This document shows, one piece after another, positions 21,586-32,047 of a DNA stretch of 64,000 nucleotides (its first letter is position 1; each line of letters starts with the position of its first letter). Source of the stretch: Anaeromyxobacteraceae bacterium (GTDB taxonomy: Bacteria > Myxococcota > Myxococcia > Myxococcales > Anaeromyxobacteraceae). The notes under the pieces are model-generated. The model was not told the DNA's origin. It made no database searches and saw nothing but the letters and a program-made list of their open reading frames with translations. A program made the position numbers and the translations under genes. Location of the stretch: the NCBI GenBank assembly GCA_047602405.1, contig JASGHJ010000002.1:1120001-1184000 (forward strand), written 5' to 3'.

Positions 21586-23706
21586 GGCGCCCCGGCCGCG
21601 GCGCTCACCTCGACCGGCACGCCGGAGAGCGCCGCGGTGCCGCTGAGCGGGTCCACGAGCACCTCGTCCGTCACGTCGTTCACGCTCGCGCCGCCCGCCG
21701 CGGCCGCCACCCGCAGCGCGACCCCGGGGCGGTCGTGGCCGAAGCCGTGCGGGAGCGACACCACGCCGGGCGCGATCTCGTCCGAGACCCGGAGCGGCAC
21801 CTCGATCGCGCCGGCCCGAGAGGAGAGGCGCACCGTGGCGCCGTCCGCGAGGCCGCGCCGGGCGGCGTCGTCGGGGTGCATGAGGAGCGTGCACGCGGGC
21901 GGCCCCTTCACGAGGCGGGGGCTGTTCCCGAGCCAGGAGTTGTTCGAGCGGAGCGTCCTCCGGCCGACGAGCACGAGGCCGTCGGGCGGCGCGCCGAGGT
22001 CCGCCTCCACGGCGGCGAGCCCCGCCGCGAGGCGCGGGGGCGCGAGGGCGACCCTCCGGTCCGGCGTCCCGAGCGCCCGGGCGAGCGCGCCCGGGCGGAG
22101 CGGGCCGAGGTCGAGGCCGTGCGGCGCGGCCCGGAGCCTCGCGAGGGAGAGCCGGTGAGGGCCGGTCCTGAGCAGGAGGTCGAGCACCCGCCGGGGCCCG
22201 AACGCCCGCAGCGCGCGCAGCGCGAGCGCGGGGCCGAGCTTCCGGCGCCCACCGCCGCGGGCGTGGAGGCGCAGCCCGAGCTCGGACAGGACCTGCCAGT
22301 CGTGCCGCACGCCCGGCGGGGGCTCGACCACCGCCTCCACCCACCGCGCCGCGTTGTGGCCCGCGAGCGCGTAGAAGGCGAGGTCGTGGTGGTCGCGCTC
22401 GGGCCCGAAGCTCGTCGGCAGGACGAGGTGCGCGTGCCGGGTCGTCGCGTTCACGTAGAGGTCGATGGAGACCATGAAGTCGAGCTTCGGGAGGGCGCGC
22501 TCGAGGCGGCGCCCGTTCGGCGCGGAGTGGACCGGGTTGCCCGCGTACGTGACGAGCCCGCGCACCTGGCCTTCGCCGGGCGTCTCAATCTCCTCGGCGA
22601 GCGTCGCCGCGGGGAGCTCCCCGCCGAACTCCGGGAGCCCGCGCACCCGGCTCCGCCACCGCCCGAAGCTCCCGCGCTCGCCCAGCCGCGAGGCGAGGCC
22701 GACGAGGTCGGCGGCGGGCGTCGCGATCATCGCGCCGCCCTCGACGTCGAGGTTGCCGGTGACGGCGTTGAGCGCGAGGAGCAGCCAGGCCGCGACGCCG
22801 CCGTGCACCTGCGTGCAGAGCCCCACGCGGCCGTAGGCGACCGCGGGCCGGGCCGCGGCGAACGCCCGCGCGAGCGCGCGGATGCGCCCGGGCGCGAGGC
22901 CGGTGCGCGCGGCCACCCGCTCGGGCGTGAACGGCGCCACCGCGGCGCGGAGCGCCTCCAGGCCCGAGAGCGGGAGCGCGGAAGGGCGGGGCGGCCCGTC
23001 CGCGAGGATCACCTGGACGAGCGCGGCGAGGAGCGCCGCGTCGCCGCCCGGGCGGAATCGCGAGGTGCTCGTCCGCGAGGGCGGCGGTCTCGGTCCGGCG
23101 GGGGTCGACGACCACCACCCGTCCGCCCCGGGCGCGCAGCGCCTTCAGCCGGTCGGCGACGCCGGGGAGGGTGAGCAGGCTCCCGTTCGACACCGCTGGG
23201 TTCGCGCCGAGGACGAGCAGGAACCGGGTGCGCTCGACGTCGGGGACCGTCATGAGGAGCTGGTGTCCGAGGACCTCGAGCGCCGCCAGCATCTGGGGCT
23301 GCTGATCGAGCGAGGTCGCGGAGAAGCGCGCCCGGCTGCCGAGCAGCTTCGAGAGGAGCGGGACGGTGAGGAGCGCCGAGTAGCTGTGGACCGACGGGTT
23401 GCCGAGGTAGAGCCCGACGGCGGAACGCCCGTGCGCGCGCTGGAGGGCGGCGAGCCGGGTGGCGGCCTCGTCGAGCGCCTCGTCCCAGCCAATCTCCACG
23501 AACCGGTCGCCGACGCGCCGGAGCGGCGCGCGCACGCGATCGGGGTCGGCGACGACGTCGGGGATCGCCGCCGCCTTCGGGCAGAGGTGGCCGCGGCTGA
23601 AGGGGTCGTCGCGGTCGCCGCGCACGGAGCGGATGGTGCCGTCCTCGACCTCGAGCGAGAGGCCGCAGACGGCCTCGCAGAGCACGCAGGTGTGGAGCCG
23701 GGTCAC
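21582..23706 (-). CDS. Molybdopterin oxidoreductase (DMSO reductase family, single subunit); frameshift near 23057 as sequenced
   Basis: HTCVLCEAVCG...GHLCPK Fe-S motif, GANPAVSNGS, VVVDPRRTETA, GNP..SAPN, SNNSW, VVSLPHG.G. Removing one base restores LAIRPGGDAALL. Confidence 0.88.
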
Positions 23707-24749
23707 GACTCGCCCGCTCCGGCGGGAGCCTGCTCCATCCGGCCGTCGACGTGCCGCGCGAAGCGGCCCTGGTCGCGGGGGAACACCGGCTCCTCGCTCG
23801 ACCAGGGCCAGCCGCCGAAGCGGGTCCGCTGGTAGTCGCGGAACGCCTGCTGCAGCTCCTGCTCGGTGTTCATGACGAACGGGCCGTAGTGCGCGACCTC
23901 CTCGCCGATGGGGCGGCCCTGGAGGACGAGCAGCTCGGCCTCGTCCGGCCCGGCCTCGAGCGAGAAGGGCACCTCCCCGCGCACCTCGAGCCCGGCGTGG
24001 CCGGGGACCTCGTGGCCGGCGGCCTTCAGCCCCGTGCCGCGGAAGAAGTAGAGGGTGCGGTTCACCCCCGCGGGCGCGGCCGGCAGGGTGAAGCGCGCCC
24101 CGGGCGCGAGCCGCAGCGTCCAGACCGCGACGTGCGCGTCGGCGCGGGCCGCCCAGGAGCGCGGCGGCGGGGCAGGCGGGCGGGCGCCCTCGAGCCGGCC
24201 GGCGACGACGGTCACCTCCACCTCGCGGCCGGCCTCGTCGCGCTCCACGTGGCGGGGCACCGAGGGCGCCCAGAACATCGCGAAGTGCGGCGGCGCCATC
24301 TTGTCGGCCGCCGGGAGGTTGAGCCAGATCTGGAAGAGCTCGAGCGTGTTCGGAGCGCCCGGGTCGAGGAGCGGGAACATCTCGGAGTGCTGGATGCCCG
24401 CGCCCGCCGTGAGCCACTGCACGTCGCCGTGGCCGTACCGCGCCATCGCGCCGAGCGAGTCGGAGTGGTCGACGAGCCCGCGGCGCACGACGGTGATGGT
24501 CTCGAAGCCGCGGTGCGGGTGGCCGGGGAAGCCCGGCACCCGCGCCCCGTGGTACATGCGCCAGCCGTCCTTGCCCGCGAAGTCCTGGCCGAGGTCCCGG
24601 CCCTCGAGCGACGCGGCCGGCCCGAGCACCTCGTTGCCCGCGGGGTAGAGGTCGAGGTGGTGGACGCAGAAGAGGAACGGATCCTGCGTCTCCCACGGGA
24701 AGCCGAGGCGGAGGGCGCGGAGGATCTCGCCCGTCGGAGGAGGGGCCAT
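23703..24749 (-). CDS. Pirin family protein
   Basis: DPFLF, GFPGHPHRGFETIT, QWLTAGAGIQHSE, YGPFVMN. Confidence 0.95.
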   Translation of the reverse strand: MAPPPTGEILRALRLGFPWETQDPFLFCVHHLDLYPAGNEVLGPAASLEGRDLGQDFAGKDGWRMYHGARVPGFPGHPHRGFETITVVRRGLVDHSDSLGAMARYGHGDVQWLTAGAGIQHSEMFPLLDPGAPNTLELFQIWLNLPAADKMAPPHFAMFWAPSVPRHVERDEAGREVEVTVVAGRLEGARPPAPPPRSWAARADAHVAVWTLRLAPGARFTLPAAPAGVNRTLYFFRGTGLKAAGHEVPGHAGLEVRGEVPFSLEAGPDEAELLVLQGRPIGEEVAHYGPFVMNTEQELQQAFRDYQRTRFGGWPWSSEEPVFPRDQGRFARHVDGRMEQAPAGAGES

Positions 24750-24832
24750 GCCGGTGTCCTGCCCCGATACCCTTCCGGGCGCAACGCCATCCTTGGGCTG
24801 CCCGCCTGGCCCCCTTATGCCTCTCTGACGCC

Positions 24833-25423
24833 ATGACCCGAGGCCGGCTCGAAGCGTTCAGCGATGGCGTCATCGCCATCATCATCACGATCATGGTCCT
24901 CGAGCTGAGGCCGCCCCACGGCCACGCGCTCGAGGATCTCGCCCCGCTGCTCCCGAAGTTCCTGAGCTACCTGCTGTCGTTCGTCTTCGTGGCGATCTAC
25001 TGGAACAACCACCACCACCTGCTCCACACCGTCGAGCGGGTGAACGGCCGGATCCTGTGGGCCAACATGCACCTGCTCTTCTGGCTCTCGACGGTGCCCT
25101 TCGTCACGGCCTGGATGGACGAGGCGGGCGGGACGCCGGTGCCGGTCGCGCTCTACGGCGGCGTGCTCCTCCTCTGCGCCGTCGCGTACTCGGTGCTCGT
25201 CGTGGTGCTGGTCGCCGCGCACGGCCCGGAGTCGCGCCTCGCGCGGGCGCTCGGCTCGGACCTGAAGAGCAAGCTCTCGCTCGCCGCCTACGTGATGGCG
25301 ATCCCGCTCGCGTTCGTCTCGACGTGGCTCTCCTACGGCCTCTTCGTCGCGGTGGCGCTGGCGTGGTTCGTGCCGGACCTGCGGCTCGAGCGCACGGTGG
25401 AGCGCGGCCCCGCCGCAGGCTGA
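24833..25423 (+). CDS. TMEM175 family K+ channel
   Basis: RLEAFSDGVIAIIITIMVLE and YWNNHH signatures. Confidence 0.95.
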   Translation: MTRGRLEAFSDGVIAIIITIMVLELRPPHGHALEDLAPLLPKFLSYLLSFVFVAIYWNNHHHLLHTVERVNGRILWANMHLLFWLSTVPFVTAWMDEAGGTPVPVALYGGVLLLCAVAYSVLVVVLVAAHGPESRLARALGSDLKSKLSLAAYVMAIPLAFVSTWLSYGLFVAVALAWFVPDLRLERTVERGPAAG

Positions 25424-25437
25424 AGGCCCGCCGTCGC

Positions 25438-26370
25438 TCAGGCGCGCGCGGCGGCCTCGATCCTCGCGTACCGCTCCTTCAGCACCTCGCCCACCGCCTT
25501 CAGCGCGGGCTCGACCGCGGCGCCGCGCCGCCAGACGAGCGCGAGCGTGCGGGAGGGCGCGCGGCCCGGCGAGAAGGGCCGGACCTCGAGCGCGTGGCGG
25601 CGGTTCTCGACCGGGAGCGCGAGGGAGGGGAGGAGGGTGACGCCCGCGCCGCCCGCGGCCATCTGCACGAGCGTCGCCAGGCTCGTGGCGCGGTAGCCGG
25701 CCTCGCCGGCGCCGGCGCGGGAGCAGAACGCGAGGGCCTGGTCGCGGAAGCAGTGCCCGTCGTCGAGGAAGAGCACCTGCTCGCCGTCGAGCTCGCGCGG
25801 ATCGAGCGAGCGGCGGGCGCTCGCCAGCCGGTGGCCGGCCGGGGCGGCGAAGACGAAGGGGTCCTTGCCGAGCACCACCCGGGGCAGGTCGCCGAGCTCC
25901 GCCTCGAGCGCCACGAGCGCGCCGTCGAGCTCGGCCCGGCCGAGCTGCTCGACGAGGGTGGCGGTCTTGTCCTCGGTCCACAGGAAGACGAGCCGCGGGA
26001 AGCGGGCGCGCAGCGCGGGGGCGACCTCGGGGAGGAGGTAGGGGCCGACCGTCGGGATCACGCCGAGCCGCAGGGGCCCCGCGAGCGGATCGCCGAGCGT
26101 GCGCGCGGCGTCGACGAGGGCATCGGCCTCGAGGAGGATGGCGCGGGCGCGCGCCACGAACGCGAGCCCCGCCGCGGTGGTCACCACCCGCCGGCGATCG
26201 CGCTCGAAGAGCCGCACCCCGAGCACGTCCTCGACCTGGGCGAGCTGGGCCGACAGCGAGGGCTGGGCGACCCGGCAGGCCTCGGCGGCCTGGCGGAAGC
26301 TGCGCCGGTCCGCGACGGCGACCACGTACTGCAGCTGGCGCAGCGTGAACGGGTGCGGGGCGAGGTTCAT
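25438..26370 (-). CDS. oxyR: LysR regulator, OxyR-type
   Basis: LysR HTH, GVIPTVGPYLLP, redox cysteine pair DDGHCFRDQALAFC, ATSLATLVQM. Confidence 0.85.
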   Translation of the reverse strand: MNLAPHPFTLRQLQYVVAVADRRSFRQAAEACRVAQPSLSAQLAQVEDVLGVRLFERDRRRVVTTAAGLAFVARARAILLEADALVDAARTLGDPLAGPLRLGVIPTVGPYLLPEVAPALRARFPRLVFLWTEDKTATLVEQLGRAELDGALVALEAELGDLPRVVLGKDPFVFAAPAGHRLASARRSLDPRELDGEQVLFLDDGHCFRDQALAFCSRAGAGEAGYRATSLATLVQMAAGGAGVTLLPSLALPVENRRHALEVRPFSPGRAPSRTLALVWRRGAAVEPALKAVGEVLKERYARIEAAARA

Positions 26371-26371
26371 G

Positions 26372-26417
26372 ACAGCATGAACCTATCACAGTGGTAAGAA
26401 CGATGTCATGGAGCTAT
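26372..26417. promoter_or_regulatory. Putative OxyR binding site in the divergent promoter
   Basis: ACAG-N7-CTAT-N7-GTAA...CTAT in an AT-richer patch, resembling ATAG-N7-CTAT repeats. Confidence 0.5.
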
Positions 26418-26459
26418 CAGGGCGACGGGGGCATGCTCCCTGGACGAAAGGAGAACACC

Positions 26460-27038
26460 ATGGCCACCGCCCTCCTCCTCGGCGCGGGCTCCGGCGCGCT
26501 GCACGCGGTCACCGGGCCGGACCACGTCCTCTCGCTCGGGCCGGTCGCGCTCCGCCGCGCCCGCGGATCGTGGCGGGTGGGGATGGCGTGGGGCCTCGGC
26601 CACGCGCTCGGCACGCTCGTCCTCGCCGTGCCCGCGCTCGTCCTCGCCGGGCTCGTCCAGGTGCCCGCGCTCGCCGCCTGGGGTGACCGCCTCGCGGGCG
26701 TCGCGCTCATCGGCACCGCGGCCTGGTCCTGGCGCTCCATGCGCCGCCGCGCGGACGGCGAGCCGGACGGCCGGAACCCGGGGCTCGTGGGCTTCGTCCA
26801 CGGCGCGACCGGCGCGGGGAGCCTCGTCCTCGTGCTGCCGGTGCTCCTCACCGGCTCGACGGGCCGGTCGCTCGCGTTCCTCGTCGCGTTTTCACTCGGG
26901 AGCACGCTCGCGATGTCCGGCCTCACCGCCGCGATCGCCCGGGTGGGCGCGCGGCTCGAGGGCCGCGTCGTGGCCCGGCTGCAGCGCGCGATGGTCGCCG
27001 CGTCGCTCGCGCTCGGGGCGGCGTGGGTGGTGATCTAG
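26460..27038 (+). CDS. UreH/HupE/NiCoT-like membrane protein (putative Ni/Co transporter)
   Basis: GALHAVTGPDHV, WGLGH, GFVHGATGAGSL; about 6 TM segments. Confidence 0.75.
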   Translation: MATALLLGAGSGALHAVTGPDHVLSLGPVALRRARGSWRVGMAWGLGHALGTLVLAVPALVLAGLVQVPALAAWGDRLAGVALIGTAAWSWRSMRRRADGEPDGRNPGLVGFVHGATGAGSLVLVLPVLLTGSTGRSLAFLVAFSLGSTLAMSGLTAAIARVGARLEGRVVARLQRAMVAASLALGAAWVVI

Positions 27039-27051
27039 GCCCTCACCCGGC

Positions 27052-28026
27052 TCATCCGAAGTGGTACGCCGACAGCTCGAGGTCCGCGATGGTGCCGCGC
27101 CACGCGACCCGGCCGCGGTCGGCGCCCGCGGCGCCGGCGACGACCATGAGCGGGAGCAGGTGCTCCTCCCGCGGGTGGCAGAGGCGCGCCGCGGGGGCCT
27201 CCTCCCAGCGCACGAGCGCGGCGTCGCGCGCCGCGGGCTCGGCGGTGCCCGCCTCGCGGAGCCAGGCGTCGAAGGCCGCCGCCACCGGGGCCGCGCCGGG
27301 CTGGAAGAAGCCGCGCAGGTTGTGGAAGGTCATGCCCGAGCCCACGATGAGCACGCCCTCGTCGCGCAGCGGCGCGAGCGCCTTGCCGATCGCGAGGTGC
27401 TCGGCCGGATCGAGCCCCGCGCGCAGCGAGAGCTGCACGGTGGGCAGCTCGGCGCCCGGAAAGGCGACCTTGAGCGGCACGAACGCGCCGTGGTCGAAGC
27501 CGCGGGCCCGGTCCTCGCCCGACTTCAGGCCCGCCGCGCCGAGGAGCGCGCGCACGCGGGCCGCGAGCGCGGGGCTGCCGGGCGCCGGCCAGGTGATCCG
27601 GTACGACTCGGGCGGGAAGCCGGAGTAGTCGTAGAGCATCGGCGGCCGCGGCGAGGTCATCACCGTGGGCTCCGGCTCCTCCCAGTGCGCGGACACGCAG
27701 AGGATCGCCGCCGGGCGGCGGCCGGCCACCTCCGCGATCGAGCGCAGGTAGCCCGCCATCGCGTCCTGCTCGGCCTGCGTGCCGATGCCGGTCTCGACGA
27801 ACGGCCACGGTCCACCGCCGTGGGGCAGGAAGACGACGGGCATCCGGCGGAGCGCGTCCTTGCCGCCCTGGCCGTGCGAGCCCGGGGTCGCGGCGGGGGA
27901 GGGCGCGGCGGAGCTCCCGCCGGCCACGGCGTTGCCTGCCGCGGCGAGGACCGCGGCGCCCGCGCCGGCGATGCCGGCGACCAGGGCCTCCCGGCGGGTG
28001 AGCCCATCCTGACGTTCGTTCTTCAT
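27052..28026 (-). CDS. Class III extradiol dioxygenase (LigB/DODA/YgiD-like) with putative Tat signal
   Basis: FLPHGGGP, SAHWE, YDYSGFP, RGFDHG, GSGMTFHN, HPREEHLLPL; N-terminal TRREAL. Confidence 0.9.
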   Translation of the reverse strand: MKNERQDGLTRREALVAGIAGAGAAVLAAAGNAVAGGSSAAPSPAATPGSHGQGGKDALRRMPVVFLPHGGGPWPFVETGIGTQAEQDAMAGYLRSIAEVAGRRPAAILCVSAHWEEPEPTVMTSPRPPMLYDYSGFPPESYRITWPAPGSPALAARVRALLGAAGLKSGEDRARGFDHGAFVPLKVAFPGAELPTVQLSLRAGLDPAEHLAIGKALAPLRDEGVLIVGSGMTFHNLRGFFQPGAAPVAAAFDAWLREAGTAEPAARDAALVRWEEAPAARLCHPREEHLLPLMVVAGAAGADRGRVAWRGTIADLELSAYHFG

Positions 28027-28164
28027 GCCCGCAGTCCTAACGCCCGGGCCGGCCGCGCACCAGCCGCCCGGGGCGGGAATGATCGTTCCGGTGGCGGAAC
28101 GATCTCCCGGGGCCCGGGACCGCGCTCCCCGGCGTCGAGGGCCGCCGGCCCCGCGGCCCCGAGC

Positions 28165-30540
28165 CTACAGCCGGGCGCGGCCCAGCCGGAGCGCGTTCCC
28201 GATGACCGAGACCGACGAGAACGCCATGGCCGCGGAGGCGAGCATCGGGCCCACGAGCACGCCCGTGAACGGGAACGCGAGCCCGGCCGCGAGCGGCACG
28301 CCGAGCGCGTTGTAGCCGAACGCGAACGCGAGGTTCTGCCGGACGTTGCGCAGGACCGCCGCCGACAGCCGCCGCGCCCGGACGATCCCCTCGAGGTCGC
28401 CCTTCACGAGCGTCACCGCGGCCGTGTGCAGCGCCACGTCGGTGCCGGTGCCCATCGCGACGCCCACGTCCGCGAGCGCCAGGGCGGGGGCGTCGTTGGC
28501 GCCGTCGCCGGCCATGGCGACGCGCCGGCCCTCGGCCTTCAGGCGCGCCACGAGCGCGCCCTTCTCGTGCGGGAGGACGCCCGCGTGGACCTCGTCGATC
28601 CCGAGGCGGCGCGCGACCGCCTCGGCCGTCGCCCGGGCGTCGCCCGTGGCCATCACGATCCGCAGCCCGGCCTCGCGGAGCGCCCGGAGCGCCGAGGCGG
28701 CCGACGGCTTCACGGGATCCGCCACCGCGAGGAGCCCGGCCGCCTCGCCGTCGATCGCGACGAGGACCACCGTCTGCCCCTCCGCCCGCAGCGCTGCGGC
28801 CCGGGCCGCGAGGGGCCCGGCGTCGACGCCGAGCCGCGCGAGGAGCGCCTCGTTCCCGAGCGCGACCCGGTGCCCGTCCACCGCGCCCACCACGCCCTCG
28901 CCGGTGAAGGACTCGAACCCCTCCGCGCGCGCCACGACCACGCCCCGTGCCCCGGCGCCGGCGACGATCGCGGCGGCGAGGGGGTGCTCGCTCGCGCGCT
29001 CGAGCCCGGCCGCGAGCGCGAGGAGCCGCGCCTCGCCCCACCGCCCGGCCGTCTCGACCGCGGACAGCACCGGCCGGCCCTCGGTGAGCGTGCCGGTCTT
29101 GTCGAGGACGAGCGTGTCGACCTTCGCGAGGAGCTCGAGCGCCTGCGCGTCGCGGAACAGCACGCCCGCCTGCGCGCCGCGCCCGGTGCCGACCATGACC
29201 GACATCGGGGTCGCGAGCCCGAGCGCGCAGGGGCAGGCGATGATGAGCACGGCGACCGCGTTCACGAGCGCGTAGGCGAGCCGGGGCTCGGGGCCGAAGA
29301 GGCTCCACACGATCGCGGTGAGGGCGGCGGCCGCCACCACGGCGGGGACGAAGACCGACGAGACCCGGTCGGCGAGCCGCTGCACCGGCGCGCGGCTGCG
29401 CTGGGCCTCCGACACGAGCTGGACGATCCGGGCGAGCAGCGTCTCCCGGCCGACCTTGCGCGCCTCCATGACGAGGGCACCGGTGCCGTTGAGCGTGCCG
29501 CCGGTGAGCGGCGCGCCGGCCACCTTCTCGGCCGGGAGGGGCTCGCCGGTGACCGACGACTCGTCCACCGCGCTGCGGCCCTCGAGCACGACGCCGTCCA
29601 CCGGCACGCGCTCGTGAGGGCGGACCCGCAGCCGGTCGCCCGGGACCACCGCGTCGAGCGGCACGTCCTCCTCGCCGCCGTCCGGGCGGAGGCGCCGCGC
29701 CGTCTTCGGCGCGAGGCCGAGCAGGGCCCGGATGGCCGAGGACGTCGCGTGCCGCGCCCTGAGCTCGAGCACCTGGCCGACGAGCACGAGCGTGACGATC
29801 ACCGCCGCCGCCTCGAAGTAGACGTGCGGGGCTCCGCCCCGGTGCAGGCCGTGGGGGAGGATCCCCGGCGCGAGCGTCGCGACCACGCTGAACCCGAACG
29901 CCGCCGCCGTCCCGAGGGCGATGAGCGTGAACATGTTCAGGTGCCGCGACACCACCGAGGCCCAGCCCCGCTCGAAGAACGGCCAGCCGCCCCACAGCAC
30001 GACCGGGGCCGAGAGCGCGAGCTGGAGGAGGTTCCCCGTGGCCGGCGGGATCACCGCCTGGACCGGCTGGCCCGGGAGGAGGTCGCTCATGGCGAGGGCG
30101 AAGGTCGGGAGGGTGAGCGCCGCCGAGAGCCACAGGCGCCGCGACATGTCGCGCAGCTCCGGGTTCTCGGCCTCGTCCGCGGTGACCTCGCGCGGCTCGA
30201 GCGCCATGCCGCAGATCGGGCAGGCGCCGGGGCCGACCTGCACGATCTCCGGGTGCATGGGGCAGGTGTACTCGCGGAGGTCGGCCTGGCCCGTGGGGGC
30301 CGGGGGCGCGGCCGAGCTCGCGGCGGGGACGCTCGCCCGGGCGAGGTACCTCGCGGGCTCCGCGACGAACTTCGCGCGGCAGCGCGCGCTGCAGAAGTGG
30401 AAGGTCTCACCGCCGTGGACGGCCGAGCCGCCCTTCGGTGCGGACGGATCCACGGTCATGCCGCAGACGGGGTCGATCGCGCGGGGCGTGGTCAAGGGCG
30501 GACGGTGGGCATGGGCGTGGGCGTGGGCGTGATGCTTCAT
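28165..30540 (-). CDS. copA: Cu(I)/Ag P1B-type ATPase with His-rich, YHS and heavy-metal-binding domains
   Basis: DPVCGM (YHS), YTCPMHP..CPICGM, TGE, CPC, DKTGT, HP, GDG.ND, YN..P, MAFSS. Confidence 0.95.
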   Translation of the reverse strand: MKHHAHAHAHAHRPPLTTPRAIDPVCGMTVDPSAPKGGSAVHGGETFHFCSARCRAKFVAEPARYLARASVPAASSAAPPAPTGQADLREYTCPMHPEIVQVGPGACPICGMALEPREVTADEAENPELRDMSRRLWLSAALTLPTFALAMSDLLPGQPVQAVIPPATGNLLQLALSAPVVLWGGWPFFERGWASVVSRHLNMFTLIALGTAAAFGFSVVATLAPGILPHGLHRGGAPHVYFEAAAVIVTLVLVGQVLELRARHATSSAIRALLGLAPKTARRLRPDGGEEDVPLDAVVPGDRLRVRPHERVPVDGVVLEGRSAVDESSVTGEPLPAEKVAGAPLTGGTLNGTGALVMEARKVGRETLLARIVQLVSEAQRSRAPVQRLADRVSSVFVPAVVAAAALTAIVWSLFGPEPRLAYALVNAVAVLIIACPCALGLATPMSVMVGTGRGAQAGVLFRDAQALELLAKVDTLVLDKTGTLTEGRPVLSAVETAGRWGEARLLALAAGLERASEHPLAAAIVAGAGARGVVVARAEGFESFTGEGVVGAVDGHRVALGNEALLARLGVDAGPLAARAAALRAEGQTVVLVAIDGEAAGLLAVADPVKPSAASALRALREAGLRIVMATGDARATAEAVARRLGIDEVHAGVLPHEKGALVARLKAEGRRVAMAGDGANDAPALALADVGVAMGTGTDVALHTAAVTLVKGDLEGIVRARRLSAAVLRNVRQNLAFAFGYNALGVPLAAGLAFPFTGVLVGPMLASAAMAFSSVSVIGNALRLGRARL

Positions 30541-30572
30541 GGTGGGGGTCCTCCGGTCGGTTCGCCCCTGCT

Positions 30573-30598
30573 GACGCACGGCCCCCGGCGGCCTTACA
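30573..30598 (-). promoter_or_regulatory. Putative ECF-sigma promoter for copA: TGTAAG-N16-CGTC
   Basis: Read on the minus strand about 30 nt upstream of the copA ATG; typical ECF -35/-10 layout. Confidence 0.5.
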
Positions 30599-30641
30599 CC
30601 CGGGTGCTGCGCCCGGGCGGGGCCCCGGCTACACGAGCGGG

Positions 30642-31202
30642 GTGCAGCCCGCGCTCCGCTCCTCCGCACCCGCACCCGAGGTGGTCGCCCGCCTCGTCGG
30701 GAGCCACCGCGCCTTCCTCGGCTTCCTCGAGAAGCGCCTGCCGAGCCGCGCCGCCGCGGAGGAGGTCCTGCAGGACGCGTTCGTCCGGACGATGGAGCGC
30801 GGCGGGGAGCTCCGGGACGGGGAGGGCGCCGTCGCCTGGTTCTACCGGCTCCTGCGGAACGCCATCGCCGACTGGTACCGCCGGGGCGGCGCCGAGGCGC
30901 GGGCGCTCGAGCGCGAGGCCCGCGAGGCGACCGAGGCGGACGAGCCGGAGCTCCGGCGGGTCATCTGCGCGTGCATGGGCGACCTCATCACCGACCTGAA
31001 GCCGGAGTACGCGGACCTGCTGCGGCGCGTGGACCTCGAGGAGGTCCCGGTCGCGGACGCGGCGGCGGCGCTCGACATCACGGTGAACAACGCGCACGTG
31101 CGGCTCCACCGCGCCCGCCGGGCGCTGAAGGGCCGGCTCGAGGCCTCCTGCGGGACCTGCGCCACGCACGGCTGCCTCGACTGCACCTGCGGCCGGGGCT
31201 GA
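30642..31202 (+). CDS. CorE-like metal-responsive ECF sigma factor with C-terminal Cys-rich domain
   Basis: sigma2 ([17 protein letters not shown]), CAC between sigma2 and sigma4, C-terminal [14 protein letters not shown]. No anti-sigma gene; divergent from copA. Confidence 0.85.
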   Translation: MQPALRSSAPAPEVVARLVGSHRAFLGFLEKRLPSRAAAEEVLQDAFVRTMERGGELRDGEGAVAWFYRLLRNAIADWYRRGGAEARALEREAREATEADEPELRRVICACMGDLITDLKPEYADLLRRVDLEEVPVADAAAALDITVNNAHVRLHRARRALKGRLEASCGTCATHGCLDCTCGRG

Positions 31203-31212
31203 TGTACGCACG

Positions 31213-31941
31213 GTGAACCCCGCGGAAGGAGAGGGCGTGATGGGCAGGTTCGACGGCAGGAACATCCTCGTCGCCGGGGGCGCGGGCGCGCTCGGCGCGA
31301 GCGTCTCCCTCGCGTTCCTCGCCGAGGGCGCGGCGGTGACGGTGACCGGGCGGAGCCGCGAGCCCTTCGAGCGGCTGCGCGCGTCCGCGGGCGCCGCGGG
31401 CGCGCGGCTCGCGTTCCACGCCGCCGACGCCGGCGACCCCGCGCAGGCGGCCGCGGCGGTGGCGGCTGCGGCCCGCGGCGGCCGGCTCCACGCGGTGGTG
31501 AGCACCGTCGGCGGCTGGGCGGGCGGCGCGCCGTTGGCGGACGATCCGCCGGAGCGCCTCGCCGCCATGGTGGCCGCGAACCTCGTCCCCACCCACGCGC
31601 TCCTCAGGGCCGCCGCGCCCGCGCTCGCGGGCGGCGGCGCGTTCGTCGAGATCGCCTCGCTCGCCGCGGTGGGACCGCAGCCCGGCCAGGCGGCCTACGC
31701 CGCCACGAAGGCGGCCGCCCTGTCGCTCGTCCTCTCCGCCGCCGAGGAGCTGCGCGCCCGCGGCGTGCGGGTCAACGCGGTCCTGCCCGGGACCATGGAC
31801 ACCGAGGCGAACCGCCGGGCCATGCCGGGGGCGGATCGTCAGGGCTGGGTGAGCACCCAAGCCGTCGCCAGCACGGTGCTTTTCCTCTGCTCGGAGGAGG
31901 CGTCCGCGGTGTCCGGGGCGGCCATCCCCGTCCGGCGTTGA
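31213..31941 (+). CDS. Short-chain dehydrogenase/reductase
   Basis: GGAGALG, YAATK, VRVNAVLPG.MDT. Start may be the ATG at 31240. Confidence 0.9.
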   Translation: MNPAEGEGVMGRFDGRNILVAGGAGALGASVSLAFLAEGAAVTVTGRSREPFERLRASAGAAGARLAFHAADAGDPAQAAAAVAAAARGGRLHAVVSTVGGWAGGAPLADDPPERLAAMVAANLVPTHALLRAAAPALAGGGAFVEIASLAAVGPQPGQAAYAATKAAALSLVLSAAEELRARGVRVNAVLPGTMDTEANRRAMPGADRQGWVSTQAVASTVLFLCSEEASAVSGAAIPVRR

Positions 31942-32047
31942 CCCAAGAATCGGTTCGGCCTCCCGGCGCGGCGCTGGCCATGGTAAGAGGCTGACGCGAC
32001 GCGCCGCCGCAGCTCCTGTCGACCCGGCGCGACCTCCGGAGGACGCC

